Shown here: positions 43,781 through 53,587 of the stretch, one piece after another | How positions within the stretch are numbered: the stretch's first letter is position 1 | Layout of the letters: every line of letters starts with the position of its first letter | Origin: an uncultured Lentimicrobiaceae bacterium | GTDB taxonomy: Bacteria; Bacteroidota; Bacteroidia; Bacteroidales; 4484-276 | Reading direction: 5' to 3' | Assembly: GCA_964593705.1 (NCBI GenBank) | Contig: CAZQIV010000004.1 | Coordinates: forward strand, 27,646 to 91,645 | Length of the DNA stretch: 64,000 bases | Program-made: the position numbers and the translations under genes | Notes under the pieces: model-generated | What the model saw: the letters and a program-made list of their open reading frames with translations, nothing else | Databases searched by the model: none | What the model was told of the DNA's origin: nothing

Positions 43781-46700
43781 TCGACTTATCGGGGAAAGGT
43801 GGAACCTTTGGATATTCCATCGGATTATTGCGAAGGTCTTCCAAAAGTACTTCGATGGCTTTGTTGAGTTGCTCATCAACTCCCTCATATTCCAAAGCCG
43901 GGTCGTTTCTAACTTCTATATCCGGCGTAACACCCTGCCCTTCGATAATCCAATCTGTACCTTCGGAATTATAGTGGGCAAATTCAGGCTTGCGTAAATC
44001 GCCGCCATCGATAAAGGGCAAACTTCCGCGGATGCCAACCACACCACCCCAGGTGCGGGTTCCGATAAGTTTACCGAGATTATGCTTCTTGAATTGGTAA
44101 GGGAACAAGTCGCCATCGGAAGCAGAATATCCATTAATCAAACAAACCATCGGCCCCAAAACCATTGCTCCGGGCGTAGGATCTCCAATGGTATTTCGTC
44201 CCATCTGCATCATCGACATTTCTCTTTTCAAACGTTCGATAATCATTGGCGAAACATTGCCGCCGCCATTACCACGATCGTCAATAATCAACGCTTTTTT
44301 GCGCATTTGCGGATAGAAATATTTTACAAACTCGTTCAAGCCACGCGGCCCCATATCAGGAATATGGATGTAGCCAATCTGACCGTTTGAAGCTTCGTTT
44401 ACTTTGCGAATATTTTCATGCACCCATTCATAATAATATAAATCACTTTCATCATCGATGGGCTTAACCAGGACTTTTCTTGCATCTTTATCTGTAGCTG
44501 AAGAATTAACGCTTAACTCAACAATTTCGCCGGCTTTCCCGACCAGGGAGCGGTAAATATCGTCCATGTCTTTAGTGCTTTGGCCATTTACAGCAACAAT
44601 GTAATCGCCCTCGCTAACATCAACTCCAACTTCGCGCAATGGAGAAGTAACGGCTTTGTTCCAGTTTTGCCCTTCCAGGATTTTATCAATTTTGTAGTAA
44701 CCTGAATTATCGCGGCTTAGTTTAGCGCCCAGCAACCCGGTTTTTACACGATCGGCTTTAATCCGATCTCCGCCACTTACATAGGCATGACCAACATTGA
44801 GCTCCCCAATCATTTCACCAATTACATAACTCAGGTCGTAACGGTTATTAACATAAGGAATCAGGGCATTGTACTTTTTATAAATATCGTCCCAGTCCAG
44901 GCCATGCATGTTGGGATCGTAGAAAAAGTCGCGCATTTGGCGCCACGATTCGTCATAAATTTGCTGCCATTCAACCCGGGGGTCAACCCAAAGTTTAACA
45001 TTGGAAACATCAATAAATTCATCAATTTTAACTTTGCTTGTTGGAGGATCAATTACAGCCCATTTACCTTTTTCCGAAACCAGCATTTTCTTACTATTTC
45101 CCGAAAGGACATAGCCCATGTTATTCCCCAATTCGACTTCTTTTTTCTTTTTCAGATCAAAAAATACGAAGGTTGAACCATCGCCACCGGATTTAAACCT
45201 TGAGTAGTAAACACCTCCATCAACAGCCGTCAGACCCCAATAAGCGCCGGCTTCACCACTCACTTCCATTACCCTTTGAGTAATGCCGTCAAAATCAATT
45301 TTTACAGTTAGCTCCTTTTCTTTATCCGCATCTTTATCTTTTGAATCAGACTTATCCACTTTGCTTTCCTTTTCAGTATCATCGCCCTCAATTTCTGCCT
45401 CATCGTTTTCCAATTCGAAAGGCGATTCGGTATCCTTAGTTAGCGTTACCATATAAACTTTCATCATATCGTTGTAGGCATGATTCCATTCCGTCCAACT
45501 ATAAACGGGGTTGAAAGAGCGAGCAGAAGTAAAATACATGTATTTTCCATCGGGGCTAAAGGATGGGTCTCCTGCATCAAACCATTCATCAGTCATGGGC
45601 TGAGAATTTCCTGTTTCAATGTTGTAGGCATAAATTCTGCCCACTTGCTCGAAACTTGGTTTTACGTAAGCCAGCCATTTGCCATCAGGGGTAAATGCAT
45701 AAGTTCTAAATTCTCCTTCATCGGTCTGATCGACAAGTGTTGTCTTTTTAGTTTCGATATCCACAATTTGCAATCTTTTCTTTTGATCGGTCCATGCAAT
45801 TTTTTTGCTGTCGGATGCCCATTCGAAACCGAATTTGTAGGTATCAGCATTTTTAGTCAACTGCACGGCTTCTTCACTCCCATCCGACTTGAGAATATAA
45901 ATTTCAGTTTCACCGGTTTTATCCGAAATAAAAGCAATCCACTTTCCATCGGGCGACCAATCCTGATTTCGATCGTGAGCACCATTGCTGTTGGTCAAAT
46001 TCTTTGTAATTCCACTTTTTACAGGAACAGAAAAAACATCGCCCCGCGAACCAAAAACAACACGTTTACCATCTGGTGAGGGAAAGCCTCCATTGATTTT
46101 TTTACTTCCATCTTTCCATTGGGGCCGGCTGGCCGCAAAATCATTCAAAATCTTTACTTCAATTTTAACGGGGGTTTGCGAATTCAGATCATAATAATAA
46201 AGATATCCGCCATTTTCGTAAATAATGGCATTATCACCAAGCGAGGGGAATTTAATGTCGAATTTGGTATAATTGGTGAGTTTTTTTGTTTCCCTGGTTT
46301 TTGTATTGTAGGAGAATAGATTCATGGTGCGATCGCGGTCGGACAAGAAATAAATAACATCGCCATGCCACATCGGGAAAATATCCTGTGCATCATTATT
46401 GGTAACATTTATTGTTTCTTTGGTTTTGAAATCATAAATCCAAACCTCATCGGCCATACCTCCTCTGTAATACTTCCAGGTGCGGAACTCACGAAAAACC
46501 TGGTTGTATGCAAGTTTTTTCTTGTCGGGTGAAAAACTACAAAAACCGCCTGTGGGCAATGGTAACTCCTTAGATAAGCCACCCTTGGACGAAACTTCAA
46601 ATAGTTGTCCCTGAAACGAATTAAAAGTTTGCTTGCGCGAACGATAAATAATGTATCCATCATCTTTCCAGGTCATTACAATATTGTTTGGCCCCATTCG

Positions 46701-47048
46701 ATCCGACACATCATCGCGAGACAAAGTGGCCGTATAGGTGAGCCTTTCAGGGACACCTCCATCGGCAGGAATGCTGTAAACTTCGGTATTGCCATCGTAC
46801 TGGCCTGTGAAAGCAATGGTTTTTCCATCGGGAGAATATTTTGGAAAAAGTTCCAGGCCATCGTCATTGGTCAATTTGCGGGCAATACCACCCGACTTTG
46901 CAACTGTGAATAAATCGCCGGCATAGCTAAAAACCACCTGATCGCCGTGAATGGTAGGGAAGCGCATCAAGCGTGCTTCCTCATCCTGTGCAAACATTGT
47001 GGCTGAAATAAGCATTGCCACAAGAAATAAGAATTTGTTTTTGTTCAT
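43776..47048 (-). CDS. Tricorn protease homolog (beta-propellers + PDZ + S41 peptidase)
   Basis: 1090 aa. Signal peptide, MRFPTIHGDQVVFSYAGDLFTV start, WSPDGK repeats, and a C-terminal S41 region (GNGGGNVS). Confidence 0.85.
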   Translation of the reverse strand: MNKNKFLFLVAMLISATMFAQDEEARLMRFPTIHGDQVVFSYAGDLFTVAKSGGIARKLTNDDGLELFPKYSPDGKTIAFTGQYDGNTEVYSIPADGGVPERLTYTATLSRDDVSDRMGPNNIVMTWKDDGYIIYRSRKQTFNSFQGQLFEVSSKGGLSKELPLPTGGFCSFSPDKKKLAYNQVFREFRTWKYYRGGMADEVWIYDFKTKETINVTNNDAQDIFPMWHGDVIYFLSDRDRTMNLFSYNTKTRETKKLTNYTKFDIKFPSLGDNAIIYENGGYLYYYDLNSQTPVKIEVKILNDFAASRPQWKDGSKKINGGFPSPDGKRVVFGSRGDVFSVPVKSGITKNLTNSNGAHDRNQDWSPDGKWIAFISDKTGETEIYILKSDGSEEAVQLTKNADTYKFGFEWASDSKKIAWTDQKKRLQIVDIETKKTTLVDQTDEGEFRTYAFTPDGKWLAYVKPSFEQVGRIYAYNIETGNSQPMTDEWFDAGDPSFSPDGKYMYFTSARSFNPVYSWTEWNHAYNDMMKVYMVTLTKDTESPFELENDEAEIEGDDTEKESKVDKSDSKDKDADKEKELTVKIDFDGITQRVMEVSGEAGAYWGLTAVDGGVYYSRFKSGGDGSTFVFFDLKKKKEVELGNNMGYVLSGNSKKMLVSEKGKWAVIDPPTSKVKIDEFIDVSNVKLWVDPRVEWQQIYDESWRQMRDFFYDPNMHGLDWDDIYKKYNALIPYVNNRYDLSYVIGEMIGELNVGHAYVSGGDRIKADRVKTGLLGAKLSRDNSGYYKIDKILEGQNWNKAVTSPLREVGVDVSEGDYIVAVNGQSTKDMDDIYRSLVGKAGEIVELSVNSSATDKDARKVLVKPIDDESDLYYYEWVHENIRKVNEASNGQIGYIHIPDMGPRGLNEFVKYFYPQMRKKALIIDDRGNGGGNVSPMIIERLKREMSMMQMGRNTIGDPTPGAMVLGPMVCLINGYSASDGDLFPYQFKKHNLGKLIGTRTWGGVVGIRGSLPFIDGGDLRKPEFAHYNSEGTDWIIEGQGVTPDIEVRNDPALEYEGVDEQLNKAIEVLLEDLRNNPMEYPKVPPFPDKSK

Positions 47049-47586
47049 AGTTTAAAATTTGATAAAATTTTTGAATGAATATTATTTGATAGGTCAATCA
47101 TAAGGAATTTGTCATTAATGAATTGATCCAGGGTATTTTTACAAAAAATAATATTGAAGCTAACAAAATTAAAAAATAATCGAATTAGTAATACTAAGGG
47201 ATTCGGATGTAACCATTTTTATACCAATATTTTTATCTCTTTCAAATTAAGCAATTAAGCAATTAAAGCAGGTAAAAAACCTTTTTGTTAAATGTTCACA
47301 AACTTACAAGACTTGTCCGAATGCGAACATTTAATATGCGTTTAAATGCGAAACTTCTCCATGTTTTAGATGCCCTGAAAACCACAATTGCAAAATTTTA
47401 CCGGTAATTTCCGATGGATTCCCAAATTTCCCGGCATTTTTTGAGACCCGAAATTGTTCAACGCTCCCAAATTCTGATTCATCTTTTTCAAGCAATTTTT
47501 GAGGCATTTGTGTATCAACAAAATAAAACAAGTGTTTTGTTTTGAACAAATGTTCATTACATTTGCAGCCATATTTTTATAAAATA

Positions 47587-48189
47587 ATGTCACCACGTCC
47601 TAAACTTACACGAAAAGTATTAGACCCACCAGGTTTCAGAGGGTTTAAACCTTTTGGCTGCCCTGCAGTTTCGGGAAGTGAAATAAAATTGCTTTTAGAA
47701 GAATATGAAGCCATCAAACTGGCAGATTATGAAAAACTTTCACAAGTTGAGGCTGCAAAAAAAATGGAGGTTTCCCGTCCAACTTTCTCAAGAATTTACG
47801 AAAGTGCCCGATATAAAATTTCAAAGGCCTTTCTTGAAATAAAACCTATTGTAGTGGAGGGAGGTAACATTGAACCGGTTGAGGACTGGCTTCACTGCAA
47901 CGATTGCCAAACCATTTTTAAAATTAACAACCTGCAAGGGAATAGTTTAAACTGCCCGGTTTGCAAAAGCACAAATACCGACAAAATTAATACGCCGGAA
48001 TCGGTAAGCATCGCCAAAGATGAACCTTCGGAAGATGTGTTTTGCATCTGTCCGAAATGCAATTATTCGCACCCACACATCCCCGGGCAACCTTGCCGCA
48101 GCAAATATTGTCCGAATTGTGAAGTAAGTTTGATAAGAGAAAATTCATTTCATCATAAAGAGCTTAAACGGAAATTAAAGAACATTTAA
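47587..48189 (+). CDS. DUF134 (UPF0251) DNA-binding protein with C-terminal double zinc-ribbon extension
   Basis: MSPRPKLTRKVLDPPGFRGFKPFG plus a sigma-70 region-4-like HTH (LSQVEAAKKMEVSRPTFSRI), then CNDC..CPVC and CICPKC..CPNC. The track start at 47542 is TTG; the ATG is at 47587. Confidence 0.7.
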   Translation: MSPRPKLTRKVLDPPGFRGFKPFGCPAVSGSEIKLLLEEYEAIKLADYEKLSQVEAAKKMEVSRPTFSRIYESARYKISKAFLEIKPIVVEGGNIEPVEDWLHCNDCQTIFKINNLQGNSLNCPVCKSTNTDKINTPESVSIAKDEPSEDVFCICPKCNYSHPHIPGQPCRSKYCPNCEVSLIRENSFHHKELKRKLKNI

Positions 48190-48204
48190 ATAATATAAAA
48201 ATGA

Positions 48205-48315
48205 GGTATTCCCGCCATGAGGGCGGGCAGGCTTTGATAATTATTAACACCCACTGGCACGAATGAAAACATCATTAAATATCATCCGTGCATCCCGCCA
48301 AAAGTCGGGCAGGCA
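48205..48315. repeat. Dispersed hairpin repeat (family of 36855..36950)
   Basis: Hairpins cccgccatgagggcggg and cccgccaaaagtcgggcagg flank gataattattaacaccc. Confidence 0.55.
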
Positions 48316-48333
48316 GTGGCTAATTTTATACAG

Positions 48334-48669
48334 ATGAGAAAAATAGCAATTCCTTTAGTTAACAACATGTTGTGCAATCATTTTGGCCACAGCGAACAAT
48401 TTGTATTTATTGAAACTGACAACAGCAATATTGTAAAAGAAGAATTTGTTACACCCCCAACCCACGAGCCCGGATCAATACCGAAATGGCTTCATGACCT
48501 TGGAGTTACTGATATAATTGCAGGTGGTATAGGGCAAAAGGCTATACAAATTTTATTGGGAAATAAGATTAATGTTTATGTGGGAGTAGCATCAAAACCA
48601 TCGAAAGAATTGGTAAATGAACTACTTGATGGAAGCCTGATTGCCGGTGTAAATCTTTGCGATCATTAA
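48334..48669 (+). CDS. NifB/NifX-family (dinitrogenase FeMo-cofactor-binding-like) protein
   Basis: MRKIAIPL...HFGHSEQFVFIE...IIAGGIGQKAIQIL pattern of the Nitro_FeMo-Co domain. The ATG at 48334 is preferred over the track's GTG at 48316. Confidence 0.7.
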   Translation: MRKIAIPLVNNMLCNHFGHSEQFVFIETDNSNIVKEEFVTPPTHEPGSIPKWLHDLGVTDIIAGGIGQKAIQILLGNKINVYVGVASKPSKELVNELLDGSLIAGVNLCDH

Positions 48670-48941
48670 ATCTATAACTCCACGCTTAAACCTAATCATA
48701 AAGCTTGGATATTTTACTAAGTGAATCTTTGTGACCTTAGTGGCTTATGCCATAGGCATCACTATGTGAGTGGTAACCTGCTAAAATTCAACACTTAGAC
48801 ACTTAGAACACTCAGTAGCACTAAGTAATAAAGAAAAAAGTAATATACTTTTTCTAAGAAAATATTCATGTTTATTAAATTAAGCAGGTATTCTGGAATC
48901 AAAATATTGACTTGTGATTAGGTGGAAGTAATTTTAAAACA

Positions 48942-49817
48942 TTACTGCTTCAAAATCCAGGCATCTTTGTATTTGTCGCCCAAACTGCTTTTGGCTTTAA
49001 GGGCTTCTTGCTGAGAGGGATAATTCCCCAAAGAAACACGAAAGTTTCCACCGGATTTTAATACTGAAGGACTACGAAAACCCCGGGTTTTATATTTGGT
49101 TACTTCTGAATTTGCCAATACTTCATCATTAAAACTCGCTACAACAAGGTAATATCTTGGCCCTTTGGCTGTATTTGCCTTGTCCAAAGCTTTCGCTTTA
49201 TCGATAAGTCGCCCGGCCATTTTGCCTGTTGAACATACTTTTACGCCCTGTTTTTCGTCACTTTCAACGCCAAACCAAACCACGGCATAACCTTTTAACA
49301 TGCCTACCCCAAAAGCGTTCCATTTTTTATCTTTCCAAATATCCTGGTTCAGCATCAAATCGTTGGAGGCTGACGATGATTGCCAAAGGTCAAAGACAAT
49401 TTCAGGAATGGCATCCACGCTTTCCCAAAAAGCTATCTCGTAACCCTTGCCCGGATATTTAGTAAGTTCTTTCGGCTTGGAAGTCATGCAGGAATTATTA
49501 AATTTATCGCGGCCATAACAACATTCAACCCAATGCCCCTGATCAGACCACGAGTGCAAGTTGCAATGGGCTGTATCGGGATGGTTATAGTTCAAATCGC
49601 TTACATGCAATTTGGCCACATAACACAAATTTTCTGAAAGTGGAATCTCAGGGAGCTTATTTTCCTTCCTGTATTTATTTACAAGGTTGTAGAGCTTCAA
49701 CTCTTCGCTTGAAATGCAAAAATCTTCGGGTATTTGATTTTGCGAATATCCCTGTAAAAACAGGCTACCCGCAAGAATTATCAATAAAAAATTTAATTTA
49801 AAAAACCTTTTCATCAT
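48942..49817 (-). CDS. Secreted CAP(SCP/PR1-like)-domain protein with C-terminal SPOR domain
   Basis: Signal peptide MMKRFFKLNFLLIILAGSLFLQG. C-terminal YYLVVASF...RVSLGNYPSQQEALKAK is SPOR-like. The first 71 codons of the track ORF (to 50030) are MITE-A sequence. Confidence 0.65.
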   Translation of the reverse strand: MMKRFFKLNFLLIILAGSLFLQGYSQNQIPEDFCISSEELKLYNLVNKYRKENKLPEIPLSENLCYVAKLHVSDLNYNHPDTAHCNLHSWSDQGHWVECCYGRDKFNNSCMTSKPKELTKYPGKGYEIAFWESVDAIPEIVFDLWQSSSASNDLMLNQDIWKDKKWNAFGVGMLKGYAVVWFGVESDEKQGVKVCSTGKMAGRLIDKAKALDKANTAKGPRYYLVVASFNDEVLANSEVTKYKTRGFRSPSVLKSGGNFRVSLGNYPSQQEALKAKSSLGDKYKDAWILKQ

Positions 49818-49896
49818 TGCTTTATCTGATTTGGGTACAAAAATACAAAAGAATAATTCAAGTTGTGTTTTTAGTTTAATTGATGGAAAAATAGCA

Positions 49897-50036
49897 TTAA
49901 TTAGAGTTTGTCCTTTTAGTAATGTTTCCCGCAGATTTCGCTGATTAGCGCAGAATAAATCTGCGCTAATCAGCGAAATCTGCGGGAAATTTTTTTCTCC
50001 TTGATAGAGGCCGACTTTATGGACACGCACTAATTA
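49897..50036. mobile_element. MITE-A complete copy (~140 bp)
   Basis: TIRs taattagagtttgtccttttagt / gactttatggacacgcactaatta. Central 26-bp-stem hairpin tttcccgcagatttcgctgattagcgcag / ctgcgctaatcagcgaaatctgcgggaaa. Confidence 0.75.
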
Positions 50037-50138
50037 TTGGCTATTCAAATAATCTAAAAATGGTTTTGAATTTTTTTCATCGTTTATCACTTTTATAGGA
50101 TGGCCAAATAACTAATAAGCTATCAATTAACTCAAAAA

Positions 50139-51335
50139 CTATTTTTGCATTAAGGTATTCACTGCAATCCAAGCCATCAGGCTCATACCGGTTTGCAGGC
50201 TTTTTTCGTCCACATTAAAGGTTGGTGTATGCAGGCTGGAATTTATCCCTAATGATTCGTTTGCCACGCCAAGCCTGTAAAAACATGACGGAACTTCATT
50301 GGCAAAATAAGAAAAATCCTCGGCAGTCATGCGAATGGGAAGTTCAATTACATTTTCTTTTCCCAATAGTTCGATAGCCCATCCGCGTGCATTTTCGGTG
50401 ATTTGGGGATCGTTGTAAACAAAGGGGTAGCCGGCATCCACAAAAACATCGCAACTCCCGCCCATACCTTCGGCAATTGATTGTGCCATTTTCGTAATTT
50501 TTTGATGGGCTTCTTTTCTCCACTTTTCATCAAAAGTGCGGATAGTACCTGCAATTTTTACTTCGTTGGGAATAATGTTGGTTTGCCCATCGCCGATAAT
50601 CCTACCAAAGGAAAGAACCGTAGGCATTTCGGGTGAGTTGTGGCGGCTCACTATTTGCTGCAATGCCACAATAATGTGAGAAGCGATTAAAATCGGGTCG
50701 ATATTCCGTGATGGCTGCGCAGCATGGCCGCCTTTGCCTTTTACCGTAAGAAATATTTCATCAGTTGAAGCCATGTACTGACCGCTTCTAAAACCAACTT
50801 TCCCGGCTTCGAGTTCAGGATAAACATGCTGGCCAAAAACATGCTTTGGTCTTGGATTTTCCAGAGCCCCGGCCTTAATCATTTGTATTGCGCCTCCGGG
50901 GTAGCGTTCTTCTGAAGGCTGAAAAAACAATTTCACTGTACCTTCAAAATCATCTTTTAATTCACTCAATATTTTAGCAGTCCCCAGCAACGATGAAGTA
51001 TGCACATCATGACCGCAGGCATGCATCACACCATTGTTTTTCGATTTATAATCCAGATCGTTGGCCTCAAGTATGGGCAAGGCATCCATGTCAGCGCGAA
51101 GGGCAATTGTTTTTTTTTCGGGATTTTTCCCATAAATCAAGGCAACAATCCCGGTTTTGGCAATTCCTTTTTCGTAGGCTATTCCAAACTCATCAAGTAG
51201 TGCAGCCACGTAAGCTGAGGTCTGGTATTCCTGCATCGAAAGCTCGGGATTGGCGTGAATATGCCTGCGCCATGAAATAACTTCGTGGTGATAAATTTTA
51301 CTAAGCTCTAAAATTCTATTTTTAAGATCGTTCAT
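50139..51335 (-). CDS. M20-family amidohydrolase (N-acyl-L-amino acid amidohydrolase / hippuricase-like)
   Basis: RRHIHANPELS, MHACGHDVH and FQPSEE motifs; 398 aa. Confidence 0.85.
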   Translation of the reverse strand: MNDLKNRILELSKIYHHEVISWRRHIHANPELSMQEYQTSAYVAALLDEFGIAYEKGIAKTGIVALIYGKNPEKKTIALRADMDALPILEANDLDYKSKNNGVMHACGHDVHTSSLLGTAKILSELKDDFEGTVKLFFQPSEERYPGGAIQMIKAGALENPRPKHVFGQHVYPELEAGKVGFRSGQYMASTDEIFLTVKGKGGHAAQPSRNIDPILIASHIIVALQQIVSRHNSPEMPTVLSFGRIIGDGQTNIIPNEVKIAGTIRTFDEKWRKEAHQKITKMAQSIAEGMGGSCDVFVDAGYPFVYNDPQITENARGWAIELLGKENVIELPIRMTAEDFSYFANEVPSCFYRLGVANESLGINSSLHTPTFNVDEKSLQTGMSLMAWIAVNTLMQK

Positions 51336-51525
51336 TCTGAGTCTATTTATTGAAAAACAAAGATATTAATACGATTAGCACCAAAAGGATTTCAATTCCA
51401 AATTACGAAATTTTCACAATCTACCCATATGGCCAAGAAGGCACTAATTACCTCTGCGAAATTTCATTATTGGGGTGTTCAATTGCTTACTCATTATTTT
51501 TGCCAAATTGGTATTTCTTATTTTT

Positions 51526-51599
51526 GAACACGGATGACGCGGATTTAACTGATTTACACAGATCAGTGTTAATCCGCATCATCAGTGTTATCCGTGTTC
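51526..51599. repeat. Imperfect inverted repeat (hairpin module)
   Basis: gaacacggatgacgcggatttaactgat versus atcagtgttaatccgcatcatcagtgttatccgtgttc. Confidence 0.6.
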
Positions 51600-51748
51600 T
51601 TATCCTTTAAAAAAATCACCAACTATTTTTATATTTCTTTCAATCAAAGGCAATTCATTTAATTGGATGAAAAAATGGTTCAGCTTTTTCGTAGAGAATT
51701 TTTTATCAGATGATTGATATTAGTATTTAATTTAACACCTCAATTTTA

Positions 51749-52438
51749 TTATCTATTCTGTATTTCCTCTAAAAACTTTTTCTCAACCAAATCACTTTTC
51801 TTAAGCACCTGCCTTGTCCAGTCCAATACAACATCTAATTTTTCATCTTCGGTAAGTTGCCAGGGTATATCGGAGTTTCGCAATTTTTCAGAAAGGTAAA
51901 ATAAGCAAAGTGCCGCTGAAACTGAAATATTGAAACTTTCGGTAAAACCGTACATGGGTATCTTCATGTATTCATCGGCCATTGCCAGGGCATCATCGGT
52001 AAGGCCACGCATTTCGGTGCCAAATAGCAAAGCTACGGGCCCTTTACTGAGGTCAAGTACTTGCAAATTTACATCATCTTTATGGGGAGTGGTGGCCACA
52101 ATTCGGTAGCCTTTGTCCCTGAGAGATTGGATGGCGGTGGGCGTATTATTCCCTGCTTCGGTATATTTTACAAGGTTTAACCACTTTGACGATCCCAACG
52201 CAACATCAGGATTCACTTCGTAAATATTTTGATTTTCGATGATGTGTACATCCTGAATCCCAAAGCAGTCGCAACTTCGCAAAACGGCACTCGCGTTATG
52301 TGGCTGGTAAATATCTTCCAAAACCACGGTAAGGTAGCGCGTACGATTTTCGATAATTTTTTGAAAAAGCGAGTTTTTATTCTCAGAAATAAATTGAGAT
52401 AAATGTTCTAAAAGTGCCTGTTTGGTTTCCTTTTCCAT
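51749..52438 (-). CDS. trmH: SpoU/TrmH-family RNA 2'-O-methyltransferase
   Basis: NASAVLRSCDCFGI, LLFGTEMRGL and IPMYGFTESFNISVSAA motifs. The ATG at 52438 gives ~229 aa, the usual TrmH size. Confidence 0.8.
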   Translation of the reverse strand: MEKETKQALLEHLSQFISENKNSLFQKIIENRTRYLTVVLEDIYQPHNASAVLRSCDCFGIQDVHIIENQNIYEVNPDVALGSSKWLNLVKYTEAGNNTPTAIQSLRDKGYRIVATTPHKDDVNLQVLDLSKGPVALLFGTEMRGLTDDALAMADEYMKIPMYGFTESFNISVSAALCLFYLSEKLRNSDIPWQLTEDEKLDVVLDWTRQVLKKSDLVEKKFLEEIQNR

Positions 52439-52666
52439 TGCTTTGCGCTGAAATTTAGAAGTATTGATAAGTTCAAAATATTTTGCAAATTTATTTGAAA
52501 ATCTACTTATCCAAGGAGAAAACATAAAAAATCACCCACTTAATTAGGTTATTTTAGATATTTTTGTTCCCATATCAAAAGTTACCACCCATTTTGGGAA
52601 GGAAACAATATGATAAAGAAAAGAGTAAGAGCAAATAGATTAACTTTGTATAAAAAATAAAGTAAA

Positions 52667-52924
52667 ATGGAACATCTAATATCAATAAGTTATCCGGAAT
52701 CTTTAGCGTTTTCACTCAAAATGGGAGATCAGGAATTTAGGAGTGAAATAAAAATACTTTCGCTTGTAAAACTATATGAATTAGGTAAAATATCATCAGG
52801 ACTTGCGGCAAAGTTATTGGGTATAAATCGGGTTGATTTTCTTGATTTACTTGAAAAATATAATGTATCATATTTTCATCAAGGACTTGAAAACGAATTA
52901 GAATCAGATTTAAAAAATGCATAG
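52667..52924 (+). CDS. UPF0175-family antitoxin-like protein
   Basis: 85 aa. The LYELGKISSGLAAKLLGINRVDFLDLLEKY HTH is typical of UPF0175. Overlaps the downstream gene by 8 nt. Confidence 0.7.
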   Translation: MEHLISISYPESLAFSLKMGDQEFRSEIKILSLVKLYELGKISSGLAAKLLGINRVDFLDLLEKYNVSYFHQGLENELESDLKNA

Positions 52925-53399
52925 AATAATTTCCAACACTACCCCAATTTTATCCTTGCTTAAAATTGGAAAACTTCATTTGCTGGAAAAAATTTACGGA
53001 AAAATAATTGTACCGTTTGCGGTTTATAATGAAATTGAAAATGGAATACACAAACCATATTATCAGGACTTAAAACTAATTGACTGGATTGAAATTCTGG
53101 AAATCAATAATCCCAACTCAAAAGACTATTTCATTGATTTAGATGAAGGAGAAGCCGAAGTATTAATTCTTTCAAAAGAACAAAATGCTGATTTAGTTAT
53201 TATGGATGAAATAATGGGGCGAAGGTATGCGAAACAACTTGGCTTCAACCTGACAGGAACGATTGGAATCCTATTAAAAGCAAAGGAAGATGGATTTATT
53301 AAATCGATAAAAGAATCGTTAACAGAACTTGTAGAAAAAGGATCTTGGTTAAATCCAAAATTAATTTCAAAAGCCTTAAAATTAGCAGAAGAAGAATAA
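52917..53399 (+). CDS. DUF3368 (PIN-like) toxin-like protein
   Basis: 160 aa. IISNTTPILSL, GEAEVLIL and DEIMGR acidic motifs of the PIN-like DUF3368 family. Confidence 0.7.
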   Translation: MHRIISNTTPILSLLKIGKLHLLEKIYGKIIVPFAVYNEIENGIHKPYYQDLKLIDWIEILEINNPNSKDYFIDLDEGEAEVLILSKEQNADLVIMDEIMGRRYAKQLGFNLTGTIGILLKAKEDGFIKSIKESLTELVEKGSWLNPKLISKALKLAEEE

Positions 53400-53587
53400 A
53401 CATGTGGTAACAAAGTATAAAAATAATAGCCAAAATAGTAGTAATCCAGATAGTTATCGGGACATGGATTGTAGCCCGCTTCCCCCGAAAACTTTCGGGG
53501 TTTCGTGTAACATGACAGAAATGATACCCTCTCCCAAAAGCTTTCGGGACGGCTACTATTCCTATACTGACCGATAAAATCCTGCCA

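Noticed and set aside
47049-47586. Long (540 bp) AT-rich spacer between the tricorn and DUF134 genes, considered as a possible ncRNA, riboswitch or small-gene locus.
   Set aside because: I could find no conserved riboswitch core, no stable extended structure and no terminator. The two minus-strand ORFs (47331..47549 and 47366..47596) overlap each other and look like AT-rich noise. It is probably a divergent promoter region.
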